From a virus, in the IMG/VR virus record IMGVR_UViG_3300032050_009888, positions 1-64,000 of that record: a stretch of DNA of 64,000 nucleotides; one strand, 5' to 3'. The notes under the pieces were generated by a model. That model did not search any database. It saw nothing but the letters and a program-made list of their open reading frames with translations, and was not told the DNA's origin. This document shows, piece after piece, positions 19,121-28,461 of this stretch; position 1 is the stretch's first letter, and each line of letters starts with the position of its first letter. The position numbers and the translations under genes are program-made.

Positions 19121-20791
19121 ATGAGTTCAATTCAATCATTACTCGAATCAGCTAATCCCTGGAAATCGCTTCAAGGCGATGCTGCCAAATTAGCTTCCAA
19201 GTGGTCCAAGACGGGCTTACTTGAAGGCTTTGGTTCAGAGGTTGAGCGCAATAATATGGCTCTTATCCTTGAAAATCAAGCAAAACAATTAGTAGTAGAA
19301 GCTAGCCAAACTGGTGCTTCTCCAACCGCAGGTACATTTACTGTAGGTCAATCTGAAAACTGGGCTGGTATTGCTCTTCCATTAGTACGTAAAGTATTTG
19401 GACAAATCGCCGCAAAAGAATTTGTTAGTGTACAGCCAATGAATTTACCTTCTGGTCTTGTATTCTTCCTTGACTTCCAATATGGAACTACTAAGAATCC
19501 ATTCACTTCTGGTGATTCTATGTATGGTGCTCGTAATCCATTAGGTCAATTCCCATTCCAAACTACTGGCACTACTGGTGGTTTATATGGGGCTGGTCGT
19601 TTTGCTTACTCCACTAACCAATTTACTGCTTCTGCTGTAACAGTTACAGCAGCTTCAGCTTCTTGGGCTGAAGTAGGATTTGATTCTGATTTATCAGCAT
19701 CAGCAGCTGCTGGTAGTATTAAGAAATTAACTATAGGTACTGCTTCATTATCAGCTTTTGATCCAGATGCAGTTCGTGGATTTATTATTACTTCAGGTTC
19801 AGTGTCTGTAGCTGATAATCTTTCCGCATTCCATGCTTATAATTATACTGCTGGTCAGATCAATTTCTTTGTTACGGCTTCTACTGCTGAAATCCCAACT
19901 TTAACAACAGCATTTACTGTCTTCTATAATAAAATTACAGCTGATAATAATCGTGGTGATTTTGAAGATGGACAAACATTTAGTACAAATACTGCGGTTG
20001 GTGCTACAGGTACTACAATCTCTATTCCTGAAGTTAATATCAAGATGCAATCTCAAGCTATTGTTGCTAAGACTAAAAAGTTAAAAGCAGTGTGGACGCC
20101 TGAATTCGCTCAAGATTTGAACGCTTACCAGAATATTGATGCTGAAGCTGAATTAACTAACATCATGAGCGAATACATTTCTATGGAAATTGACCTCGAA
20201 ATTCTTGATATGTTAATTGAAGATGCTGCTGCTGGTACTGAATACTGGTCTGTAAATAATAACACTTTCTTTGATGCTGCTACTTCAACTTTAGTTGAAA
20301 GATCAGTAGCTGGCGGTGGATATTACAACACTCAAGGCGGTTGGTTCCAAACTCTTGGAACTAAAATGCAGAAGATTTCTAACAAGATTCACCAATTAAC
20401 CCTCCGTGGTGGTGCAAACTTCTTAGTATGTTCTCCTACCGTAGCTACTGTACTCGAATCAATCCCAGGTTTTGCCGCTAACACTAATGGTGATGCTGCT
20501 AACATGGAATATGCTTTCGGTGTTCAGAAAGTTGGTGCTATCAATAACCGCTATACCGTTTATAAGAATCCATATATGACTGAAAACGTTATTTTAATGG
20601 GATTCCGTGGTAAGCAGTTCCTTGAGTCTGGTGCCGTATTCGCTCCATATATTCCGTTGATCATGACTCCTCTTGTGTACGATCCAAATACCTTCACTCC
20701 ACGTAAAGGTTTGATGACTCGTTACGCTAAGAAGATGTTACGTCCTGAATTCTATGGTAAGATTTATGTTAGTGGTTTAACTAGCCTCTAA
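19121..20791 (+). CDS. Major capsid protein (T4 gp23-like)
   Basis: LILENQ, LPLVRK, VSVQPMNLPSG, KLKAVWTPEFAQDL, APYIPL, MTRYA. Confidence 0.96.
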   Translation: MSSIQSLLESANPWKSLQGDAAKLASKWSKTGLLEGFGSEVERNNMALILENQAKQLVVEASQTGASPTAGTFTVGQSENWAGIALPLVRKVFGQIAAKEFVSVQPMNLPSGLVFFLDFQYGTTKNPFTSGDSMYGARNPLGQFPFQTTGTTGGLYGAGRFAYSTNQFTASAVTVTAASASWAEVGFDSDLSASAAAGSIKKLTIGTASLSAFDPDAVRGFIITSGSVSVADNLSAFHAYNYTAGQINFFVTASTAEIPTLTTAFTVFYNKITADNNRGDFEDGQTFSTNTAVGATGTTISIPEVNIKMQSQAIVAKTKKLKAVWTPEFAQDLNAYQNIDAEAELTNIMSEYISMEIDLEILDMLIEDAAAGTEYWSVNNNTFFDAATSTLVERSVAGGGYYNTQGGWFQTLGTKMQKISNKIHQLTLRGGANFLVCSPTVATVLESIPGFAANTNGDAANMEYAFGVQKVGAINNRYTVYKNPYMTENVILMGFRGKQFLESGAVFAPYIPLIMTPLVYDPNTFTPRKGLMTRYAKKMLRPEFYGKIYVSGLTSL

Positions 20792-20816
20792 TAGTAGTCT
20801 AGCATAAAGAAAAAGT

Positions 20817-20851
20817 AAGCCGAGCCCTAAAAAGCTCGGCTTCTTTTTTTT
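20817..20851 (+). terminator. Rho-independent terminator after the major capsid gene
   Basis: AAGCCGAGC / GCTCGGCTT stem followed by a T-run. Confidence 0.9.
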
Positions 20852-20859
20852 AAAATAAA

Positions 20860-20891
20860 TTTGGATATCTAATTTAAATTATGTATATTTA
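20860..20891 (+). promoter_or_regulatory. Bacteroidota-type -33/-7 promoter for phoH
   Basis: TTTG-N20-TATATTTA. Confidence 0.65.
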
Positions 20892-20903
20892 TCAATAAAG
20901 ATT

Positions 20904-21587
20904 ATGTCATACAATAACGAAGAAATAGCAAAAGAGAAAAGAAAACCTAAGGGTGATATAAAATTTAAACTTTCTCTTAATGAAGAACAAAAAGAAGCTA
21001 AACAGACTATTTTAAATAATCCTGTTACTTTAATAAAAGGAATGGCTGGTAGTGGTAAAACATTATTAGCATGTCAAATAGCTTTAGATTTAGTTTTTAA
21101 ACGAGAAATGGAAAAAATTGTCATTACTCGTCCAACTGTTTCTAAAGAAGAAATTGGCTTTCTACCAGGCGATTTAAAAGAAAAAATGGATCCTTGGTTA
21201 GCTCCTATCTATTCTAACTTATATCTTTTATATGATAAGGATAAAATAGATAAAATGGTAATGGAAAATCAAATTGAAATTGTACCGTTCGCATTTATGA
21301 GAGGTAGAACTTTTCCAAATAGTTTTGTTATTGTAGATGAATGTCAAAATATTACTCACCAACAAACTGAAATGATGTTAGGTCGTTTAGGTAAAGGTGG
21401 CAAAATGGTATTTTGTGGTGATTTATCTCAAGTAGACTTAAAAAGTAAAAAAGATTCTGGTATAAGTTTTTTCGCTAGATTAGAAGAAAGAATCAAAGGT
21501 GTAAGAATTATCACACTTAAGAAAAATCACCGCCATGAGATTGTTGAAGAAATATTAAAAACTTACGAGGACTTTAGAGACTTATAG
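20904..21587 (+). CDS. phoH: PhoH-family ATPase
   Basis: GMAGSGKT, GFLPGDLKEKMDPW, FMRGRTF, DECQN, GDLSQVD. Confidence 0.95.
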   Translation: MSYNNEEIAKEKRKPKGDIKFKLSLNEEQKEAKQTILNNPVTLIKGMAGSGKTLLACQIALDLVFKREMEKIVITRPTVSKEEIGFLPGDLKEKMDPWLAPIYSNLYLLYDKDKIDKMVMENQIEIVPFAFMRGRTFPNSFVIVDECQNITHQQTEMMLGRLGKGGKMVFCGDLSQVDLKSKKDSGISFFARLEERIKGVRIITLKKNHRHEIVEEILKTYEDFRDL

Positions 21588-21644
21588 TCAATACTACTCT
21601 TTTCCTGTATTTTTTAATATTTATAAACAACAACTCTACTATAC

Positions 21645-22046
21645 ATGGCAGCAGGAAAATATTCATTTGTTATAGAACAAGGAGCTACAATTAATTTTGA
21701 AGTTCAATATAAAGATTCAAATAATACTCCCGTAGACTTAACAGGATACTCAGGAAGAATGCAGTTTAGGAGTACATATGCTGATCTACCTAACTCAACA
21801 ATTTATTTAACTTTAAGTAGTTCATTGAATCCTGATGGAACTGGTTTAAATTTTAATGGACTAAATGGTACAACTCCAACAACTTCCGGTTCAATAGGAA
21901 TCTATATAGCTTCTTGTACAAGCTCAGCATTAACATTTAATACCGCTTATTATGATTTAGAAATATATTCTGGATCAAATTGTCCTTATACTGTACGTTT
22001 ATTAGAAGGTCAAGTTAAATTAAGTCAAGAGGTAACTAGATTCTAA
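21645..22046 (+). CDS. Virion structural protein (BppU N-terminal-like adaptor)
   Basis: IEQGAT...PVDLTGYSGRMQ...YYDLEI...RLLEG. Confidence 0.6.
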   Translation: MAAGKYSFVIEQGATINFEVQYKDSNNTPVDLTGYSGRMQFRSTYADLPNSTIYLTLSSSLNPDGTGLNFNGLNGTTPTTSGSIGIYIASCTSSALTFNTAYYDLEIYSGSNCPYTVRLLEGQVKLSQEVTRF

Positions 22047-23236
22047 TGTATACAATTATTGTAAATACACCTGGTCCTCAAGGGTCCCAAGGTCCTCAAG
22101 GTCCATCTGGTTCACAAGGCCAATCAGCTGATACTGGATCTCTTGTTACAACTTCCTCATTTAATTCTTTTACTAGTTCATATTATGTTGATAGTGCTTC
22201 TTTTAATAGCAGAATAAATAATATAACTTTTGATACTTCTTCATTAGCAACTACTGGATCTAATACATTTATAGGTAACCAAACTATAACAGGATCAGTT
22301 GATATAACTGGTTCTTTAACAGTTAATGATATAAATGTAGGCCAAAATAGTATAAATTTTATAAATAATACTAATACTATTTTAACAACATTAAGTGTTG
22401 ATAATAATGGAAATTTATTATTAAGTACAGGTTCTATTATATTATCTCAAGGAGCTTCTTTAACAGGATCTATTTTTGGAACTGCAAGCTGGGCTAATAA
22501 CTTTAATGAAACAGATCCAATATTTGTTTCTAAATCAGGTTCTTTTATAACAACTTCTTCTTTTAATAATTTTACATCTTCTTATAACACAGGATCTTTT
22601 ACAGGTTCCTTTATAGGATCTTTACAAGGAACAGCCAGTTGGGCTGGAGTCGCCATAACCTCATCTCATGCTCTTTCTATTCCAAATAATTTAAATTTAA
22701 GTGCTTCAAATTTATTTGTAACAAATAATATAGAAGCAGCTTCAATAACAGCTCAATCTGCTTCATTTGGGTATGTAGAGTCAATCACTGGTTCAGCAGT
22801 TTATATAGGTCAAGAATTTATTATTCTAAACACCCAACCTCCAGCTGCTAGATATGCTGGTTTAATAATAATTGACTCAGGATCAGCTAATCATACATCT
22901 TCTTTATTATGGGATTCATCTACTAATCATTTTATTTATCAAAATGCTAGTGGATCTTCTTACTCAGGAGGAGGATTTATATCTGGACCTAGAAATACAG
23001 GTTCTTTAGAAGATATAACTTACCCAACATTAAATAAAATAGTTAGAGGACAAGGCGGAGATCATATATATGATTCAAATATAACAGATAATGATACTAA
23101 AGTCTCTATTAGTATTAATACTGATATTACTGGTTCTTTAATAGTAACAAGTGGTATAACTGGTAGTTTATTTGGAACAAGCAGTTGGGCAATAAATGCT
23201 TTAACAGCATCTTATATCGATGGGGGTTTTTACTAA
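22046..23236 (+). CDS. Fibre protein with short collagen-like repeat
   Basis: GPQGSQGPQGPSG, TGS/SSF repeats, C-terminal IDGGFY. Confidence 0.7.
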   Translation: MYTIIVNTPGPQGSQGPQGPSGSQGQSADTGSLVTTSSFNSFTSSYYVDSASFNSRINNITFDTSSLATTGSNTFIGNQTITGSVDITGSLTVNDINVGQNSINFINNTNTILTTLSVDNNGNLLLSTGSIILSQGASLTGSIFGTASWANNFNETDPIFVSKSGSFITTSSFNNFTSSYNTGSFTGSFIGSLQGTASWAGVAITSSHALSIPNNLNLSASNLFVTNNIEAASITAQSASFGYVESITGSAVYIGQEFIILNTQPPAARYAGLIIIDSGSANHTSSLLWDSSTNHFIYQNASGSSYSGGGFISGPRNTGSLEDITYPTLNKIVRGQGGDHIYDSNITDNDTKVSISINTDITGSLIVTSGITGSLFGTSSWAINALTASYIDGGFY

Positions 23237-23253
23237 AATATTTATAACAAATT

Positions 23254-24432
23254 ATGGGTTTAAGAATATCAAATAGAAATTTAAGTTTAGGTAAGATCAA
23301 AACTGTAACTACTCCTCCTGCTCCAGTAGTTGATTTTATTGGAAGTCCATTAGTAGTTAATATAGGTGAAACAGCTAGTTTCACAGATTTATCTACTAAT
23401 AATCCAACAGCTTGGTATTGGTCTATACCAGGTGCTACTCCCACAACAAGTAGTCTTCAAAATCCAACTTTCCAATTTAATTCTTTAGGATCACAAAGTG
23501 TAACATTAAGTGCTACAAATTTAGGAGGTACAATTTCATTAACTAAAACTAATTATATATTAGTAAATTTTCCATATTTACTTGATTTATATCCAAATGC
23601 TGAAGTAGCTTACTCTGTTAGAAAACTTAGAAGCGGATACACAGGTAATTGCTTAAGAGTTAGAAGAAGCTCAGATAATACATTTCAAGATATAGGATTT
23701 GTTAATAATGTCTTAGACACAGCCTCATTACTTACATTTGCAGGTGTTGGAGACGCTTTTGTAGATAGATGGTATGACCAGTCTTTAAATGGTAGGAATT
23801 TAACTGAAGGTAGTAACTTCAACCAACCAAGAATTGTAAATGCTGGTGTGTTAGCAACCTCTAGTGGAAAACCAGCTATAAATTACTATGGTGGTGATAG
23901 ATGCTCCTTGTCTTTTCCAGATCCTGTGACTTTCTTAAATAATAAACAATATGTTTATGCCTTTACTGTTGCTCAAATATTAGATGTAACAGCTACTAGA
24001 CATACTATTTTAAATATAACAACTCCAACAGATACTCTTTCTAGATTCTTTATAGCAGCTGATAGCGCAGGAGCTAATACTTTATTTGTTGGAGGTCGAA
24101 GATTAAACGCAGATACATTACAATCTTCCTCAGCGGGCACACATGGTAATGTAGCAAATGTAATAACAGGTATAGCTGATTATGCTACAGCTAATGCTTA
24201 TCTTTATAAAAACGGAACATTAGTTGGATCAAAATCTCCATTCCAAACAGTTGGTTCTATAGAAAATACTAACTCAGCTTTATTTTATAATAGAGCAGGT
24301 CAAGGAAGAGGAGATACATCTGGAAATATAAGTAGTGGATTTTTATCTGAACTTGTAATATATACCACAGATCAATCAGCTAATAGAGCTGGAATAGAAA
24401 CAAGAATAAATAACTTCTTTAATGCTTATTAA
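23254..24432 (+). CDS. PKD-domain plus ConA/LamG-like lectin virion protein
   Basis: FTDLSTNNPTAWYW...QNPT PKD domain. AYSVRKL...RVRRSSDN...WYDQS domain. Confidence 0.7.
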   Translation: MGLRISNRNLSLGKIKTVTTPPAPVVDFIGSPLVVNIGETASFTDLSTNNPTAWYWSIPGATPTTSSLQNPTFQFNSLGSQSVTLSATNLGGTISLTKTNYILVNFPYLLDLYPNAEVAYSVRKLRSGYTGNCLRVRRSSDNTFQDIGFVNNVLDTASLLTFAGVGDAFVDRWYDQSLNGRNLTEGSNFNQPRIVNAGVLATSSGKPAINYYGGDRCSLSFPDPVTFLNNKQYVYAFTVAQILDVTATRHTILNITTPTDTLSRFFIAADSAGANTLFVGGRRLNADTLQSSSAGTHGNVANVITGIADYATANAYLYKNGTLVGSKSPFQTVGSIENTNSALFYNRAGQGRGDTSGNISSGFLSELVIYTTDQSANRAGIETRINNFFNAY

Positions 24433-25976
24433 TGGCTGATAAAATACTACATAAACGAAGCAATACAGTTGGATCAATACCAACAACATCTTCCTTAAAT
24501 TTAGGAGAAATAGCTATTAATACAAATGATGGTAAAATCTTTATCCATAAATCTAGCTCAGCTGGAGAAAGTATACAATCTGCTCTTATAACAGATAGTA
24601 CAAATACAGGATCACTTACTTTATTAGGTTCTTTAATTTTATCAGGAAGTTTAGATATTAATAGTGGCAGTTCTTTAGATATCTCAGCTAATTTCATAGA
24701 TTTTGATTTTGATTTATTTGCTCTTTCAGGTTCTTTAGAAGTTACAGGTAGTGTTGCTGTAACACAAGGAATTACTGGTTCTTTGTTTGGAACAGCAAGT
24801 TGGGCTCAAAGTTCTTCTCAAGCATTAACTGCTTCATTTATAAATCCACTTAGGCAAAATGTATTAGTAACAGGATCTACTTTTATAACAGGATCATTTA
24901 ATTTAAATAATAATTCAAATAATAGTTTTGTATTAACTGGTTCAAGAACAACAACAGGTAGTGGTGAAACATTTAGCTCTATCAGTCCTACAATTACACT
25001 CCGTAATACAGCTAATGATTCTATATCTGTTATGAATTTTGCTCCAACAATAACAGCTACAGCTAATGCTCAAACTGCTATTGGTTTAAATATAAATGCT
25101 ACTATTAATACTTTTGGATCTAGTACTAACTTAACAAGAGCTTGGCCTTTATTAGTTAATGGTATGGGTATTAGAGGTGGAGAATTTGGCAATGTTATTA
25201 TAGGTAATAACTACCAAGCTGGTAGTGCTTTATATAGTAGAATTAATATTGGATTTAATACAGGTAACTCAGCTGGAGTCTTGATAGGCCATGAAGCAGG
25301 AGCCAGTGTTAGTTCTGGAAACAGTAATATCTTTATAGGATATCGATCAATGTTCTCAGCCGCTACTAATATTCAAAATACTATATCTATTGGAGAACAA
25401 GCTGCTAGAAGCATAACAGGAAATAATAATGTTGTTTTAGGGCATACTGCTCTTTGGTATCAAGGTAATGGATCAACTAATATAACTAATGCTTCTAATG
25501 GAGTTTATATCGGAACAGAAGTAAGAGGATTTGATAATTCTGATAGTAATAGTATTGTTATTGGTTATCAAACATCTGGCCAAGGAGCTAATACTGTTGT
25601 TATAGGTAATAATAGTATAGTTAGAACTGTATTAAAAGGAAATATAGGAGTAGGTTTTACACCTACATCAGATGTTGCTCAAGTATCAGCTTCAATTCAT
25701 ATAACTGGTTCTTCAACAGCAAGATTATTAGAAATAGATTCTCCAACTACAAATAATATTTTGTTTATAACAGGATCTGGTAGAGTAGGTATAGGGACAG
25801 GAACTCCAACATCAACATTAGACATAAGTGGCTCAGCTACTATTTCTAATTTATTAACATTAACACCTCAAGATCCTTTACCTAGTTCTCCTCCTACAGG
25901 AGCATTAGCTGTGTCTTCTAGTATACCTCCAAAAATATATTTCTATGATGGTACAACTTGGAATGCATTATATTAA
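24432..25976 (+). CDS. Fibre protein (Mtd/hyaluronidase-like N-terminus, beta-roll, GRVGIGT repeat)
   Basis: KRS...PTTSSLNLGEIAINTNDGKIF, NxxIG repeats. Confidence 0.7.
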   Translation: MADKILHKRSNTVGSIPTTSSLNLGEIAINTNDGKIFIHKSSSAGESIQSALITDSTNTGSLTLLGSLILSGSLDINSGSSLDISANFIDFDFDLFALSGSLEVTGSVAVTQGITGSLFGTASWAQSSSQALTASFINPLRQNVLVTGSTFITGSFNLNNNSNNSFVLTGSRTTTGSGETFSSISPTITLRNTANDSISVMNFAPTITATANAQTAIGLNINATINTFGSSTNLTRAWPLLVNGMGIRGGEFGNVIIGNNYQAGSALYSRINIGFNTGNSAGVLIGHEAGASVSSGNSNIFIGYRSMFSAATNIQNTISIGEQAARSITGNNNVVLGHTALWYQGNGSTNITNASNGVYIGTEVRGFDNSDSNSIVIGYQTSGQGANTVVIGNNSIVRTVLKGNIGVGFTPTSDVAQVSASIHITGSSTARLLEIDSPTTNNILFITGSGRVGIGTGTPTSTLDISGSATISNLLTLTPQDPLPSSPPTGALAVSSSIPPKIYFYDGTTWNALY

Positions 25977-25995
25977 TATTTATAAAAAATAAATA

Positions 25996-26523
25996 ATGCA
26001 GAATAATACTGTTAGAAGCGAAATAACATACAACAATGTAACAGTAGTAACAACTGATAACCAAATCAATGTTACTCAACCTGTTACAAATGTTGTAGAA
26101 GTTATTTCTGTTGGCCCTCAAGGCCCATCAGGTTATTCTGGTCCTTTTATAGATGTAGGTAATAATACTTATGCTACTATATATGATATAGAGATAACAG
26201 GATCATTATCAGCAGGTCCAACAATAATTTCAGGTTCATTAACAATAACAGAAGGATCTTTATTATTTGGAACAGCAAGTTGGGCTATAAATTCTTTAAC
26301 AGCATCTTATGTTAATCCACTACATCAAATAGTTTTTATAACAGGTGGATTAAACATTTTAAATCAAACTGCTGAAACTTCTTTATCAATAACATCAGGA
26401 TCTACACCTGTTTTAACAGTAACAGGATCTGGAGTAACAGTATTTGGACCTTTAAATTATACACCCCCTGCAACCGAAGGAGGTATATATTTTAATGGAA
26501 CTGATTTCTTTTTAGGATTTTAA
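25996..26523 (+). CDS. Fibre-associated structural protein
   Basis: VGPQGP and FGTASWA modules. Confidence 0.6.
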   Translation: MQNNTVRSEITYNNVTVVTTDNQINVTQPVTNVVEVISVGPQGPSGYSGPFIDVGNNTYATIYDIEITGSLSAGPTIISGSLTITEGSLLFGTASWAINSLTASYVNPLHQIVFITGGLNILNQTAETSLSITSGSTPVLTVTGSGVTVFGPLNYTPPATEGGIYFNGTDFFLGF

Positions 26524-26561
26524 CATATTTATAATTAAACATAAAACTAAAATAACATATA

Positions 26562-27917
26562 ATGGCAACTTGGAAAAAAGTCATAGTCTCAGGTAGTGAT
26601 GCTGTATTAAATCAACTTACAGTAAGTACTAACCAAATAATAAGCCAAAACGGTACTAAATTAACCGGCTCATTTACCGGCTCATTTACAGGTGATGGTA
26701 GTAATTTAACTGGAATACAAGCTACAAGTATTAATGCTGATACTATAACTGATATAGGTAATCAAGGTGATTTTTTATATGTATCTCAATCCAATGGTAT
26801 AAGGAAAATTACTTATGAGAATTTCTTAACAGATTTAACAAATGGTGCTAGCTCAAACTTAGAAGTAGACTCAGCAGATGGTATTAAGTTAAAACCTCAA
26901 ATATCTGTTGCTGGAGTAACTGCTTCATTTACTGGCTCATTTAAAGGTGATGGTAGTGGATTAACAGGAGTTGTAGCCTCTAGTGCTAATTCTTTAACCA
27001 ATGGATCAGGAATTGACACTCTTTCTTATAACGGATCCACAGCCACAACAATAAGAATTAAAACAGGCTCAGTATTTGCTGATAATGTTATTTTAAAATG
27101 GGACACAGCAGCATCAGCATTTGAATCATCATCACTATCAGATGTGAATGGAGTTGTATCTGGACAATCCTCTATTCAATTAACTGGAAATAATTCTATT
27201 TTAACAGGTTCATTTACTGGATCATTTAAAGGTGATGGTAGTGGTTTAACAGGTGTAGGTGTTACTGTTACTGCTAATACAGCAGGTAATGTTTTATTTG
27301 CTACAGGAGAAAACTCAGTTTTATCTGGTAGTGCTAAGTTAAGCTATGATCAAGGTAATGAACGTTTAACAATAACTAAAGAAATAAGATTTAGTGCCTC
27401 AATTGCTAATCAAACCGCTACTTTTTCTTCACTTGCTAATATAATAACAGCTAGTATATTTGCTGGAGCTGGTTCTTCACCAAATACTGTTTTATTAGGT
27501 AATCCTACTTCTACAACATTTATTGGAAATGATTTAATAATTAATGGTGATTTAATAGCTAATGGTTCTAGCTCGTTCATCAACACCCAAAACTTATTAG
27601 TATCTGATAGATTTATTACTCTTGCTTCTTCATCCACTAGTAATACAGATGGTGGTATTATAATCCAAAATTCTCTTTCTCCAGCAGGTACAGGATCAGG
27701 ATTTGCTTTTTACCTTGAAACAGCAACAGCCGCTCCAAGATGGTCTGTAACTTCTTCTCTTAATTTAAACGCTACTAGTGGAACACCTGATGAATATATG
27801 GTAACAGCTAAGATAGCAGCAGGTAATCCATCAGGTAATCCAACCTGGGGAGGAACAGACGGTGCTGGTAACATGTATATAAACACTGCTGATGATAGTA
27901 TTTGGATTTATTCATAA
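26562..27917 (+). CDS. Fibre protein
   Basis: Three TGSFxGDGSxLTG repeats, N-terminus MATWKKVIVSGS. Confidence 0.7.
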   Translation: MATWKKVIVSGSDAVLNQLTVSTNQIISQNGTKLTGSFTGSFTGDGSNLTGIQATSINADTITDIGNQGDFLYVSQSNGIRKITYENFLTDLTNGASSNLEVDSADGIKLKPQISVAGVTASFTGSFKGDGSGLTGVVASSANSLTNGSGIDTLSYNGSTATTIRIKTGSVFADNVILKWDTAASAFESSSLSDVNGVVSGQSSIQLTGNNSILTGSFTGSFKGDGSGLTGVGVTVTANTAGNVLFATGENSVLSGSAKLSYDQGNERLTITKEIRFSASIANQTATFSSLANIITASIFAGAGSSPNTVLLGNPTSTTFIGNDLIINGDLIANGSSSFINTQNLLVSDRFITLASSSTSNTDGGIIIQNSLSPAGTGSGFAFYLETATAAPRWSVTSSLNLNATSGTPDEYMVTAKIAAGNPSGNPTWGGTDGAGNMYINTADDSIWIYS

Positions 27918-27940
27918 AAAATTATTACATTAATTAAGTT

Positions 27941-28132
27941 ATGGGACTAATAGATAAAATAGTAAGAAACGATCAATCTAAAGATCAAAATCAATTAAAT
28001 ATTCAAGAACTTCAACTTGTTCTCTCTTTATTAAGACAATCGTCTGTAAGGGGAGATCAAGTTGAAGCTTTTTACAATTTAGTTATAAAATTACAAAATC
28101 AATTCTTTGCTCTAACACCAGAGCAAAAATAA
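27941..28132 (+). CDS. Small helical protein (possible fibre chaperone)
   Basis: ORF with AAGTTATG start. Confidence 0.6.
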   Translation: MGLIDKIVRNDQSKDQNQLNIQELQLVLSLLRQSSVRGDQVEAFYNLVIKLQNQFFALTPEQK

Positions 28133-28144
28133 AAATTATAAGTT

Positions 28145-28378
28145 ATGGATTTATTCTCAGTAGATTTCACTTTAGGTGAATTAGCTTTACTTCGTCAATC
28201 ATTAGATGTTATTACTATTACAGGTAAAGATGCTAAATTTGTTGCTTCATTACAAACAAAATTAGAGATGGAAGCACAAGCTATTCAAAATATGCTTCAA
28301 CAAGCAGAAGCAGAAAAACAATTAGCTTTAGCTAAAGTATTAGAAGCCGATAAAAAGAAAGCATCTAAACCACAATAA
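28145..28378 (+). CDS. Small coiled-coil protein (possible fibre chaperone)
   Basis: ORF with AAGTTATG start, loosely similar to the previous ORF. Confidence 0.6.
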   Translation: MDLFSVDFTLGELALLRQSLDVITITGKDAKFVASLQTKLEMEAQAIQNMLQQAEAEKQLALAKVLEADKKKASKPQ

Positions 28379-28400
28379 TTACATATTTATAATAAATTAT

Positions 28401-28445
28401 TGGCCCGTAAGGGAAGTGGACTGAACACTTTTTCAGTAACCAACC
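28401..28445 (+). ncRNA. Candidate structured leader RNA
   Basis: CCC-GTAA-GGG GNRA hairpin and ACTGAA/TTCAGT hairpin closed by TGG/CCA. GC-rich island between promoter and ATG. Confidence 0.5.
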
Positions 28446-28461
28446 GTAATTAGAATTTGTA

